Source of the DNA: Heptranchias perlo
Taxonomy: Eukaryota
Assembly: GCF_035084215.1 (NCBI RefSeq)
Contig: NC_090337.1
Coordinates: 63,860,001 to 63,924,000 of the forward strand
Reading direction: 5' to 3'
DNA: 64,000 bases
Shown: piece by piece, positions 47,386 to 59,432 of the stretch
Layout: each line of letters starts with the position of its first letter
How positions within the stretch are numbered: the first letter of the stretch is position 1
Program-made: the position numbers and the translations under genes
Notes under the pieces: generated by a model
Database searches by the model: none
What the model saw: the letters and a program-made list of their open reading frames with translations, nothing else
What the model was told of the DNA's origin: nothing

Positions 47386-48533
47386 TTTTACTGTAATTCA
47401 CTCTGGAATCCCAGGTGTCCAAGCTCTTGTTGCACTATTCGTAACAATTTCTTTCTGTCTTTGATTCCTGGAACAGAGTTCTCAACCCTGTGAAATCTCT
47501 TCCTCCAAATTGTTTTTTTTATTGTATTACTTGAGTTCTTTTCTTTCTTACAGAATAGTGCTGAATTAGTCCAGAATTAATTAACTGAATCACAGTTCTT
47601 TATCTCCAATTGCCTACTCTCCGATTCTATGTGACAACAATCTCTATATGTATTTTATTCACTCCTATCCTATTGTTGAATCCTTATTGATTCAGCTCAG
47701 CGCAGAATGTTTCGAACAGACCGATTCCACTGAGAATGCCTTCTTGTGATAAAACACACTGGTTAAATGCAGCACTGTGCTCTCAGCTTCTTCTCACAGA
47801 TCTTCACTAGCTTAGATGGGAGTTTGGAAGCTTAGCTTTCTTTTCTGATCTAGATTTATTCCTCTTATCCCCCTTTAATACAGGGCTAGGTCTCTCTCAT
47901 GATTAGTACAACTCCTTGTAGCACAGAGTTTTCAATCCTATGCAGAGTCTTCCTCAGATTGCTTTTTTGATTGTGTCGTTGATATTGTCATTAAAGCTCT
48001 TTTTTTTTCTTAAAAACCTGTAATCCCCCAAAGGCGACGGTGATTTTGTTTTGAGATGTGGGGGAGTTGAATCAGATTTTCTTTTTGTCTCAACTTCTTT
48101 TGATTCACTGTCTCAATAAACGATGGATTTATTTTAAACCGTACAGTTCTATGGCTATTTAATTGTCTTATATATATTGGTCTGCGCCCTGTCTCAAACA
48201 AGCCTTTCTCTTTTCTCTCTTTGTTTACACTAACACGGTCTTGTCAAAGATCGCAAGTAGATTTTCACTCCTTCTTGTTATTGATTTAATTTCTCGACTT
48301 TTTTCTTTGGGAACGGCTAATTATTATTATTGCTCCCAGTGTAAAAGCCCGTTCTCTAAGGACCCAACTCTTTTCTGTCTGTAATTCCAAATCTTCAATT
48401 TAATATCTCAACAAACTAACTTATTTTAAACGACAGAGCGGGCTTACTTGTTGCTCTAGAAGCCTTTGTAAATGCAGCTTGGTGCAAGTAAAGTTTGTTC
48501 TGAACAGATTTTGATTTCAGACGATGTTCCCTG

Positions 48534-48620
48534 ATGGAGTTAGATCACAGACCAGCCATGATCTTATCAAATGGCGGAGCAGGCACGAGGGGCTGAATGG
48601 CCTACTCCTGTTCCTATGTT
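48534..48620 (+). mobile_element. Short CR1 3' tail
   Basis: gatcacagaccagccatgatc...gggctgaatggcctactcctgttcctatg; flanked by repeated ATGTTCCC. Confidence 0.8.
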
Positions 48621-48989
48621 CCCATGATAAACACAGTGCTCTCAACTTGTCCTTGCATATCTTCACAAGTGGTGATCGAGTTTTGTTCTTGACTCGTTCC
48701 TGATATTGAGTTGTCTCCTTCACCATTAACACTAGGGTCCTCTCCTTCTCTCTTACAATTAACTCTTCACAGCACAGAGATGTGTTCAATCCTATGCCAA
48801 TTATTCCTCAGATTCCTGTTTTGATGATTTCAAACTATTTTCCATGTTTCGTTAAAAGATTTTGTCGATTTGTCCTGAGATTCACTTTCCGGCTCTCCTC
48901 ACAGCCAGACCCAAAGTTTAACTGCGGCATATCGAAGTAGCAAACAAGCTTAGTTTGAAAAGCCTCTTGTGCCATCATTTCCTGTCCTA

Positions 48990-49115
48990 ATACAGTCACG
49001 AATTTCATTGTGATGTCCCGTGACTCGAGCTGCAGCTAACCTGCCAGGTGCTGACCTCACCTGTGAGGGTGAGCTTATTAGCGATTGGTCCAATCATCTG
49101 TGGGTCGATTGGTCA
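48990..49115 (-). promoter_or_regulatory. Candidate promoter of the MROH-like gene
   Basis: Three clustered CCAAT/ATTGG boxes (49084-49112) and GACATCACAATG (minus, 49006-49017) where the purine-skewed upstream tract ends. Confidence 0.3.
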
Positions 49116-49311
49116 TCAGCAAGTTTATCATAAACTATAACCGTATAAGGGCAGATGTGATGAATTTTTGTCCCAGTAGAAAATCTTGCAGGTTGTGCTG
49201 GCCTCCTTGCCCTCAGTCGCTAACATGCACCTCCCAGAGGGTGACGCTGTGCATGGGCTCAGGTCTGAAATAGAGGTATAGCAGTGTATATCATGGTCAG
49301 GGCATCAGCTT

Positions 49312-49805
49312 TGTAGAATCTTACAGCTCAGATGGAGGCCATTCGGCCCATCAAACCTGTGCCAGCATTTTGAAAGAGCTATCCAATTAGTCCCACTCTC
49401 CCTGCTCTTTCCCCATAGCCCCGAAAATGTTTACTTTTCATGAGATTTGTTTCTACTGAATTGCCCCATTATCTATCCATCTGTATAATTCGACATCATT
49501 TGTTTTCTTTAATTTGTGCCTCTAAAATATGGTAACCGGAGATACAGATTTCAGATAATTGGTAAAAGAACCAGGGGGGAGATGAGGAGAATTTTTTTTA
49601 CACAGCGAGTTGTTATGATCTGGAATGCACTGCCTGAAAGGGTGGTGGAAGCAGATTCAATAGTAACTTTCGAAAGGAGATTTGATATATATTTGAAAAG
49701 GAAAAATTTGCAGGGCTATGGGGAAAGAGCAGAGGGTGTGAGACTGATTGGATAGCTCTATGGGCCGAATGGCCTCCTTTTATGCTGTAAGATTCTATGA
49801 TTTCA
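49312..49805. mobile_element. Two CR1 3' ends in opposite orientation (49312-49445 minus; 49530-49805 plus)
   Basis: CR1 3'UTR motifs; ORF 49516 RIFFTQRVVMIWNALPERVVEA. Confidence 0.85.
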
Positions 49806-51074
49806 TTCTCTGACTCACCATGGTCAGTACTATTAAAAATCTACTAGTCGATGACTAAATGTTATAAAACGGAGATAGCTGTGTCTAATGGAAGCCCTTT
49901 GTTTCCATGTTTTATGCTGCTGGGATGGTCTGAATTGATATAAAATGCCCTAATGCCCACATGGCTACCGTATGCCAACCTTGGTACTCGAGCAAACCTT
50001 GCCACATGACACCTGGCACTGCAAGCTCAGCAGATACTATGGAACCGCACTGCAGACAAGGTCGCAAATTCAAAAGCTGCATCAGAAGAGGCCTAACATA
50101 ATATTTTCACCCATGTGTTAGCCCATGGTGCTTTCCCTTAAGTGGTTTCTTGCCTATTCTGCCACACCTACAAGATGCTGCCCCAGTATCTTCAGCACGC
50201 TGGGTGGGAGGCTACCGATGCTCACGGTCAGTGACCTCTAGGAACTCGGGCCTGAGACCAAGGTCAGGTCAGTTAGCATATCAGATGGGTTTCGAAAATA
50301 GTCGTTGTCTCACAAAACCAAAAGTGACAGATAGGAAATATAAAAATCTGACAAGTATTACATTAACTAAAAGCATGAATCACGTTTCAGGTCCCTATTT
50401 TAATCAGCAGCTTTCCTTTCAATTTCAAACAGAGTTTTAAACGTTAATATTTTGGCTTACAATTCCTTTTATATTCCCTTCATGGCTCGCGATCATTTTT
50501 GAACTTTGAGGAGGACTCTGCAGGGTCAACTGGACTGGGATTGCCTGAATCTAGCCCTGATCTGCTGCCTGGGTCATTGCAGATCGGCCTGTCTGGTTTC
50601 TCATATCGTTCCTTTTTGTAGGATTGTTTTACAACCGAGTGCCTTGCTTGTGCCACTTCAGAAACGTTATGGGCGCTAAATTGAGCCGTTTAGCGCCCGT
50701 TGTTTCGGCGCTATACGGCCTCGCTGACATCCAAGATGGCGTCTTGGATGCGCACACACGTTTCCAGTGTGATGAGCGCTGGTATAGGAGTTAGCGCAGG
50801 CGCAGATAACGAACACTGGAATCATGTAAAGTGGGGAGAAAATGGCTTCAATCAGTGCGCAATGCTGATTTAAAGTGATTGACACCGTCTTGGGACTTAA
50901 CGCTCAACTCAACGCACAGTCTTAACCGCGACCATCTGACCGTGTCTTAGAGTGCCTGGAGGACCCCCTACCGGCGCTATTTAAAGGGACCACGCAGGAT
51001 TTGCAGGTTGGTGGCTGGATTATTGTTGCTCGCTGCCGAGACATTTGTAACTGTTTTTGGCGGTCTCCTGGACT

Positions 51075-51352
51075 TCAATACAAGGACGTGGGGACATAGC
51101 CTAACATTTAAAGCCAGGGCGTGCAGGAGTGAAGTTAGGAAATGCTTCTACACGCAAAGGGTGGGAGACATTTGGAACACTCTTCTGCAGACGGCAGTTG
51201 ATGCTAGCTCACTTGTGAATGTTAAATCTGAGATTGATAGATTTCTGTGAACCAAGGGTATTAAGGGATATGGGGCTAAGACGGGTATATGGAGTGAGGT
51301 CACAGGTCCACCATGATCTCATTGAATGGTGGAACAGGCTCAAGGGGCTAAA
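51075..51352 (+). mobile_element. CR1 3' fragment inside the Harbinger
   Basis: RKCFYTQRVGDIWNTL; 3'UTR without a microsatellite tail. Confidence 0.85.
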
Positions 51353-51898
51353 TGTCACTGCCACTTGCTGCCTCTTGATATGCGCCACCTTCTCCTGCAA
51401 GAATTGGGACCTGTGCCTGGGTGATGTGCCTGTCATGGTTGAATAGCTGCCAGTGTGTGTGGCCTGTGAGTTGTGGGTGGGCGGCTTGAAACAGTGGTAA
51501 TGTGCAAGGGTGAGAGGAAGCATCTGATTGGAAGAGTTGAGTACTGATGGAAAGAGTTTATTGGTATGTGGGTGATGGGGGTGTAGTGCATGGAGCAGTT
51601 GGTAGGAGACGCCACTTGACAGTTGACCTCACTCACCTTGACCAATCATGTCAAAGCATTGAACTTCTTCCTGCACTAAAATCACCCCCATCATGTGGGA
51701 TTACAATCAAAAATTGGTGGCTTGCATTTGGAAACAGTAACCTAGTGCTCTCTCGTCCTGCTGCGCTCTGTCCATGGGGAAAGAGATGTCGATATTTCTC
51801 CTGTAGTCTCGGTGACCTCCTTGATGCAGGGATGGACTGCAAACTGTGAAATGTTGCTGATGTCACCTGCTGCAGTCTGAAAGGAGCGTGTAGCATAA

Positions 51899-51978
51899 TT
51901 ACATAGAATTACATGGAATGTACAGCACAGAACAGGCCATTCGGCCCAACAGATCTCTGCCGATTTTCATGCTCCATC
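51899..51978 (-). mobile_element. Short CR1 tail inserted in the Harbinger transposase
   Basis: ttacatagaattacatggaatgtacagcacagaacaggccattcggccc. Confidence 0.75.
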
Positions 51979-53689
51979 TCAGCGCATAAAAGCTAAGGGC
52001 CACGGTGACCTTGACGGCCATAGGCAGTGCTGCCCAGGCCCTGGTGCGAGGCTCGAGTTGTGGATGCAGCAGGTGACATAGCTCGGTGACAGTCTCCTTG
52101 GTGAAATGAAAGCACCTCAGACATTGCTCCTCAGTGAAGTTAATGTAGGAGAAGTGCTCCCTGAATATGGCCTCCTGCGCAATGCCCCCCTCCTCCTCCT
52201 CCTACCTCTCGTCACAGCTGCTTCTGCTCTTTCCTGTTTTCCTTGCTGCTGCCCCTCGTCCTCCAGCTCCCAAGGCAATCTTATCAGACACCCATGACTG
52301 CGGTCAAACTGCTTAGAAGGCAGCCAAAAACAGTGCACCATCAGCAAAATCATCATCTCAGCAGTCAAAGTGAACTTTCCAGAATCAGGAAACAGGCCAG
52401 AAGTTAGCCAAGAGCCTGAAATGACAAACCAGCAACTATCCTGTAAGTACTGCAGGATCCATTTAAATAGTGCTGGTGAGGGGTCCTTCCTGTTAGCACC
52501 ACGAGTTGGTGGCCAAGGTTATCACCAGACGAGTCAGGCGCTAGGGCAGAACAATATCAGAAAGGGGTCCTCCAAAAAGGACCCTAATTTACACACGTTA
52601 TTCATTATTTTAAATAGTTCTGGCGTGCGTCCTGGTGTCTACAGAGGAGCTCAGTCCAATATGGCGGGCAGCGCACTTCCGGTTCGAAATGAGCATGAGC
52701 TTCCTGCCCGCCATCTTGGAGGCTTTTGTGCCCATTTAGTGCCCAAGAAACAGGTGCGACACGATCAAATTTCTAGGCCCATGTTCTGTCCATGATAACA
52801 TTCGCAGAATCATTGAAAACAAAGTCCTCCATTGTGTAGTGTTGCATTACCACCATGCTGTGTGGGACAGACTGAGGACAGATCAAGCAGCTCATAACTG
52901 GGCAGCTCCTTGAGCAAGAATAAATATAAAACAAAACTAAAAGCAACTGGCATAGATCACATGACTGTGATAGTGAAAGGGTTAAGCTACTGTCTTGGGC
53001 AGACAATTAAAGTGCAGCCATGGAACAGACAAGTCTAAGTATGGTCGAAAATTATTGGGAGAAGCTCAAGCAGAACATTTTGAGGAAAAAAAGATGCAGC
53101 AACCTTGAGTAAGAAATAAGAGCTGGGGCCTCATGCTTAACCGTTTGTCAGTTTCAGACAAAAGGGCAGCACATGGTGCTCTGGTCCTTCTTTGTGGTGG
53201 TTGTTGTTGGATAGGAGGCGCTGTCAACGTAGGCTTGGCTGAACATTGGCACCTGCGACAGTGGGACCATGAGCTGACACCCAGTCCGCTTGATACTTGG
53301 GTCCACTTGGCCGAAGGTTCCAGCAAACATTTTAGCCTTATCTCTCGGCCATGGCTGAGAATGGGAAGGTTCATCAAGCCTCCTGCTCCCATTTGTTGTT
53401 TGATTAGTCACCACCATTCTTGGTTGCATGTGGTGGGGCTCTGTATTTCTCTGAGGGCCATCAGTAGCAGTAGAATCACCATGATCTGTAACCTCATGGC
53501 CTGGCACATCCTTCACTCCTTCAACATCATATAGGAATGTATAAGGGTATCCCAGGAGTAGCACCAGACATACCTTAGAATGGTGTACCAACCTAGTGAC
53601 GCTAATACACGGGGCTACCTGCACGCTAAACAGGTCCCACAACCAATGGATCAGAGAAATACTGAGCCCCACCACATGCAACCCCTCCC

Positions 53690-53952
53690 CACGATGTCTC
53701 TGACCCGCTCGATGTCTCCGGCCCTCCTCCGATGTCTCCGGCCCTCCTCCTCCGATGTCTCCGGCCCACCACTGAAGACCGTCCCCCGCCCTACCCCCCC
53801 CTCCCCAGCCCCGGATGTCAGGCTTACATGGCTGTCGTGCGGGAAGCCCAGAAGTAAAATTGTAATCATTCAATTAGGTCGCACATTCCGACCTGCAATC
53901 AAAAATCTTCCGCCCCCGCTCTCTTACTGGCTCCAGGTAAAAATCATGCCCA
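53690..53952. mobile_element. Non-autonomous DNA element end with short tandem repeat
   Basis: About 4 copies of cgatgtctccggccc(tcc)n at 53692-53767; terminus aaaatcatgccc also seen near 30585-30594. Confidence 0.5.
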
Positions 53953-54129
53953 TGGTGTCTGTAGTAACATTAAGTTTGCTGATAACACAAAGCTCAGTGG
54001 ACAGATAATAAGTAGAAGGATTGTCCTCAATGAGATTTGGACATATTATTTTGACGTGTCCAGATATGTAAGAATGAATGTCAATAAATCTATGTATAAC
54101 ATGGAAGAATGTCCACCGGCAGAGGCTGA

Positions 54130-54690
54130 ACATATCCTGGAAGGTGTTAGATTACAAGTCAGAACGAGTTAGTGACATTATACAGATCAATGGTGAGACC
54201 AGCTCTGGAATGTGACATGCAGTTTTGGCCATCTTACCTAGAAATGATACAAATGCATTAGAAAGGGTTTAACAAAGAATGAGCTGTTTTACTCCAGTTG
54301 TTCAGGGGCTATGCTACGAAGAAAGGGTTAATTAAGATAGTTAATTAAGTGATTTGTTCATCACTTGCAAAGTTATGACTAAATTTATGTTTTGTCGGAG
54401 AAAAGAAGGCTGAGGGAAGACGTGAGACAGGCCTTTAAAACAATGAAAGGTACAGTTGAAGTAAACAGAAGCAAGCTTCTTATTTTGGACGAGGATTGGA
54501 CTAAGGGAAAGAAGTACAAGTCTCAAGCAAGGTTGGAAATTATGGGGAATAAAATTCCCACACAGGACAGCGAACAAACTCCCAGAGAACGGAGTTGATT
54601 TGGTTCAATTGGAAAGGGAACTGGATCGAGAACTGTTGAGAAAGGGATTTAAGAGTTACGAACATCACTTTGGAAATGATGGGTGGGAAA
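54130..54690 (+). mobile_element. Highly decayed CR1 3' portion
   Basis: ggtgagaccagctctggaatg...gcagttttgg; agaaaagaaggctgagggaagac. Confidence 0.6.
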
Positions 54691-54819
54691 AGACCAGCTG
54701 GTCCATCAAGTCTGCCCTACACTCATAATGCTTAGAGCATCATGACGAGATACCTACTACCCCCATCCACCCACCCCCTGCCATGTAACCTCCTGGGAGA
54801 GGCAAAACAAACACAGGGA

Positions 54820-55615
54820 AGTTATTCATTTCGATAGGAAGAACGAGGCGAGGCAATATAAAGTAGAGGGCACAACTCTAAAAGGGGTAGAGGAACAGAG
54901 AGATCTGGTGGTTTATGTGCACAAATCATTGAAGGTGGCAGGACAGGTTGAGAAAGTGGTTAAAAAAGCACACGGGATCCTGGGCTTTATAAATAGAGGC
55001 ACAGAGTACAAAAGTATGGAAGTCATGATGAACTTTTATAAAACACTGGCTCGGCCACAACTGGAGTGTTGTGTCCAGTTCTGGGCACCGCACTTTAGGA
55101 AAGATGTGAAGGCCTTAGAGAGGGTGCAGAAAAGATTTACTAGAATGATTCCAGGGATGAGAGGCTTTAGTTACATGGATAGACTGGAGAAGCTGGGATT
55201 GTTCTCCTTGGAACAGAGATGGTTGTGAGGAGATTTGATAGAGGTATTCAAAATCATGAAGGGTCTAGACAGAGTAGATAGAGAGAAACTGTTCCCATTG
55301 GCGGAAAGGTCAAGAACCAGAGGACATAGATTTAAGATGATGGACAAAAGAACCAAAAGTGACATGATGATAAACTTTTTTTACACAACGAGTGGTTAGG
55401 ATCTGGAATGCACTGCCTGAGTGGGTGGTGGAGGCAGATTCAATCATGGCCTTCAAAAGGGAACTGGCTAAGTACTTGAAAGGAAAAATTTTGCAGGGCT
55501 ACGGGGAAAGGGCGGGGGAGTGGGACTAGCTGGATTGCTCTTGCATAGAGCCAGCACAAACTCGATGGGCCGAATGGCCTCCTTCCGTGCTGTAACCTTT
55601 CTATGATTCTAAGAT
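54820..55615 (+). mobile_element. CR1 3' portion (inserted into an antisense CR1)
   Basis: ORF 54908-55228; tail ttctatgattctaag. Confidence 0.92.
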
Positions 55616-55619
55616 TTTA

Positions 55620-57180
55620 TGAAGGAAATAAGGAAAAAATACTCTGAAAAATTTCTCTCCAACCCTCTCAGGTGGTCACACAGAGATTACATTGAACATA
55701 TGTACGATAATTGTAAATTCACTTATCTTCAATATGATGCGATCTCTGCCCCAGTCAAGAACCAGTCCAGCTCCCTCTTGAAGGCAGAGAGTTAGCACCC
55801 ACCACACAAGCCGGCAACACATTCGAGAGGCTCACTACTGTCTGGGAAGAGAACCACCTAAAATCTAGCCTATCCCTATCATTGCGTAGTTTAAATGCAT
55901 GTCCCCAGATCCTCCCCAATCCGCCAAACTGAAATAATCTATCAATCGGCACGCAATCCAGCCCTTTCATTATTTCATATACCTCGATCAGGTTTCCCCT
56001 AAGTCTACACTACTCTAAAGTAAACAGACCCAGCAACTTAATCCTATCTGAGTAACTACGGTTCTTTAAGCTAGCAATAATTCTCGTAGCTCTCCTCTGA
56101 CTATTTTCCAAGGCCACTATATCATCCACCATGTGAGGGGACCAAAACCCTGTTTGCTTGGCTACAGCTTCTCTGCATTCGTCATGAACCTTCACTGATC
56201 TGATCACAATAACACTGGGATCCTTTTCTATCTCAATTGCATTCAGCATCATTCCCTGCATATGATGCATGTTTTCTGTGTTGGTCTGACCTACATGCAT
56301 GACACTACATCTATCTAGGTTAAATTCCATTTTCCATTGTTTGGCCTATTCCCCATGCACATCTAAACCTATTTGCAGAAGATTTATACTCCTCTACTGT
56401 CTTAACCTTTGCACATATTTTAGAATCATCTGCTATCTTACCGACCATACTCCCCAACACCACCGTCCAGGTCATTAATAAAAACAGTGAACAGTAGCGG
56501 GCCTAGGACCGATCCTTGGAGGACACCACTAGTAACCTGCCTCCAGGCTGATCCACAACCATTGACTACAACTTTTTGGCTGTGGGATTGGAGCTAATTC
56601 CTAATCCAGCGTATCAAATTCCCACTGATACCACAAGATTCTATCTTGTGAAGTAACCTAGTGTGAGGTACCTTATCAAAGGCTTTCTGAAAATCCAGAT
56701 AGACAATGTCAACTGAATTACCCGCAGCCACTCCTGGTAACTCCTTCAAAATACTCAATCAAGCTCGTAAGACATAATCTTCCTTTTCGGAAGCCGTGTT
56801 GAGTATCTCTAATGGTCCTTCTCTTTCCCAGTGATCATAATGACCATCTCTTAGGATCCGTTCAAGCATCTTCCCTATGATGGATGTCAGGCTGATGGGC
56901 CTGTAGTTCCCTGGTTCTGATTTGTCCCCTTTTTTGAAAATTGGAACTACATGAACTACCTTCCAGTTTAAGGGAACTATCCCTGACTGTATTGAGCTGT
57001 TGAGTATATGGGCTAGGGGCTAACAGAGTTTCTGTCCCATCTCTTCAATCACCCTCGGGTGGATATCATCTGGACCTGGAGCGCAATCTATTTTGAGACT
57101 TCCTATTTTAGTCAAGATGACATCCCTATCTATTTTATTATTTCTAATGTTATTTAATACAGGGCATCCCATAGCTGGAA
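55620..57180 (-). mobile_element. CR1-group LINE RT region, different family; its 3' tip probably at 54690-54815
   Basis: Minus-strand [45 protein letters not shown]. Confidence 0.85.
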
Positions 57181-58139
57181 CGTAAGCATCATGTAGCAAA
57201 ATTAAAGCTCATGGGATTAAAGGGACAGTGGCAGCGTGGATATGAAATTGGCTAAGGGACAGAAATCAGAGAGTAGTGGTGAATGGATGTTTTTCAGACT
57301 GGAGGGAAGTTTACAGTGGCATTCCCCAGGGGTCAGTATTAGGACCACTGCTTTTTTTGATATATATTAATGACCTGGACTGGGCACACAGGGCATAATT
57401 TCAAAGTTTGCAGATGACACGAAACTCGGAAATGTAGTAAACAATGAGGAGGATAGTAACAGACTTCAGGAGGACACAGACAGACTAGTGAAATGGGCAG
57501 ACGCATGGCAGATGTAATTTAACATAGAGACATGTGAAATGATACATTTTGGTAGGAAGAATGAGGAGAGGCAATATAAACAAAGTGGTACAATTTTAAA
57601 GGGGATGTAGGAACAGAGAGACCTGGGACTGTACGTGCATAAATCTTTGAAGGTGGCAGGACAAGTTGAGAAGGCTGTTAAAAAAGCATATGGGATCCTT
57701 GGCTTTATGAATAGAGGCACAGAATACAAAAGCAGGAAAGTTATGCTAAACCATTGTAAAACACTGGTTAGGCCTCAACTGGAGTATTGTGTTCAATTCT
57801 GGGCAGGATATCAAGTCCTTAGAGAGGGTGCAGAGGAGATTTACTAGAATGGTGCCAGGAATGAGGGACTTCAGTTATGTGGAGAGACTGGAGAGGCTGG
57901 GCTTTTCTCCTTAGAGCAGAGAAGGTTAAGAGGAGATTTGATAGAGTTGTTCAAGATCATGAACGGTTTTGATAGAGTAAATAAGGAGAAACTGTTTCCA
58001 GTAACAGAAGGGTCGGTAACCAGAGGACACAGATTTAAGAGGCGACATGAGGAAAAAAAATTCCGCAGCAAGTTGTTGTGATCTGGAATACACTGCCTGA
58101 GAGGGTGGTGGAAGCAGATTCAATAGTAACTTTCAAAAG

Positions 58140-58260
58140 CGATTTCATTTCGAGGATTTCATTTTCACATCGTTCACCTGACGAAGGAGGAAGCCTCCGA
58201 AAGCTTGTGAATTTAAAATAAAATTGCTGGACTATAACTTGGTGTTGTAAAATTGTTTAC
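58140..58260 (+). mobile_element. Penelope-like terminus inserted in CR1
   Basis: 58169-58260 nearly identical to 10170-10261; 12-bp TSD AACTTTCAAAAG (58128-58139, 58261-58272). Confidence 0.88.
58173..58211 (+). ncRNA. Minimal type I hammerhead ribozyme motif
   Basis: TTCAC CTGACGA A GGAGG AAG CCTCC GAAA GCTT GTGAA. Confidence 0.75.
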
Positions 58261-58519
58261 AACTTTCAAAAGGGAATTGGATAAATACTTGAAAGGAAAA
58301 CATTTGCAGGGCTATGGGGAAAGAACAGGGGAGTGGGACTAATTGGATAGTTCTTTCAAAGAGCCGACATAGGCACGTTGGGCCGAATGGCCTCCTGTAT
58401 TGTATCATTCTATGTTGTATGGTTACTAATAGCACTGCTTCCCCATCCCACATACCCCCACCCCCTTGGAAATATGTAAGGAACCCCTAGTTATTTAAAA
58501 GTAGAGTTCAACAGTGGAT

Positions 58520-59432
58520 TGGTGGCATTGTGGACAGTGGCATTGTGGACAGTGAAGAAGGTTATCTAGGATTGCAACGGGATCTTGATAAATTGGGCCA
58601 GTGGGCCGATGAATGGCAGATGGAGTTTAATTTAGATAAATGTGAGGTGATGCATTTTGGTAGATCGAATCGGGCCAGGACCTACTCCGTTAATGGTAGG
58701 GCGTTGGGGAGAGTTATAGAACAAAGAGATCTAGGAGTACAGATTCATAGCTCCTTGAAAGTGGAGTCACAGGTGGATAGGGTGGTGAAGAAGGCATTCA
58801 GCATGCTTGGTTTCATTGGTCAGAACATTGAATGCAGGAGTTGGGATGTCTTGTTGAAGTTGTACAGGGCATTGGTGAGGCCACACTTGGAATATTGTGT
58901 ACAGTTCTGGTCACCCTATTATAGAAAGGATATTATTAAACTAGAAAGAGTGCAGAAAAGATTTACTAGGATGCTACCGGGACTTGATGGTTTGACTTAC
59001 AGGGAGAGGTTAGACAGACTGGGACTTTATTCCCTGGAGAGTAGGAGGTTAAGGGGTGATCTTATAGAAGTCTATAAAATAATGAGGGGCATAGATAAGG
59101 TCGATAGTCAAAATCTTTTCCCAAAGGTAGGGGAGTCTATAACGAGGGGGCACAGATTTAAGGTGAGAGGGGAGAGATACAAAAGGATCCAGAGGGGCAA
59201 TTTTTTCACTCAAAGGGTGGTGAGTGTCTGGAACGAGCTGCCAGAGGCAGTAGTAGAGGCGGGTACAATTTTGTCTTTTAAAAAGCATTTGGACAGTTAC
59301 ATGGGGAAGATGGGTATCGAGGGATATGGGCCAAGTGCAGGCAATTGGGACTAGCTTAGTGGTATAAACTGGGCGACATGGACATGTTGGGCTGAAGGGC
59401 CTGTTTCCATGTTGTAACTTCTATGATTCTAT
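58520..59432 (+). mobile_element. Young 5'-truncated CR1 with an open ORF2 C-terminus
   Basis: Stop-free 274-aa frame 58530-59354 running to the natural stop; tail ttctatgattctat; 16-bp tandem duplication gtggcattgtggacag at the 5' junction. Confidence 0.93.

Larger units (their letters stand above)
50671..52780 (-). mobile_element. Decayed PIF/Harbinger DNA transposon (transposase and Myb/SANT remnants)
   Basis: Minus-strand HARBI1-like peptides EEQCLRCFHFTKETVTELCHLL...ALPMAVKVTVALSFYA and SFQTAAGDISNISQFAVHPCIKEVT; Myb/SANT CRKKFNAL and EKVAHIKRQQ; imperfect GGGC...AAATT termini with subterminal ccaagatggcg at both ends. Confidence 0.85.
57185..58415 (+). mobile_element. CR1 RT to 3' end, interrupted by a Penelope insertion
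   Basis: [14 protein letters not shown] motifs; 3'UTR and tail tcattctatg. Confidence 0.92.

Noticed and set aside
42709-47464. Plus-strand ORFs overlapping the MROH-like gene
   Set aside because: Short antisense shadows of a long coding frame with no recognisable domains.
53154-54008. 239-aa and 142-aa ORFs
   Set aside because: They span repeat junctions and a GC-rich micro-tandem array and show no protein-family features.
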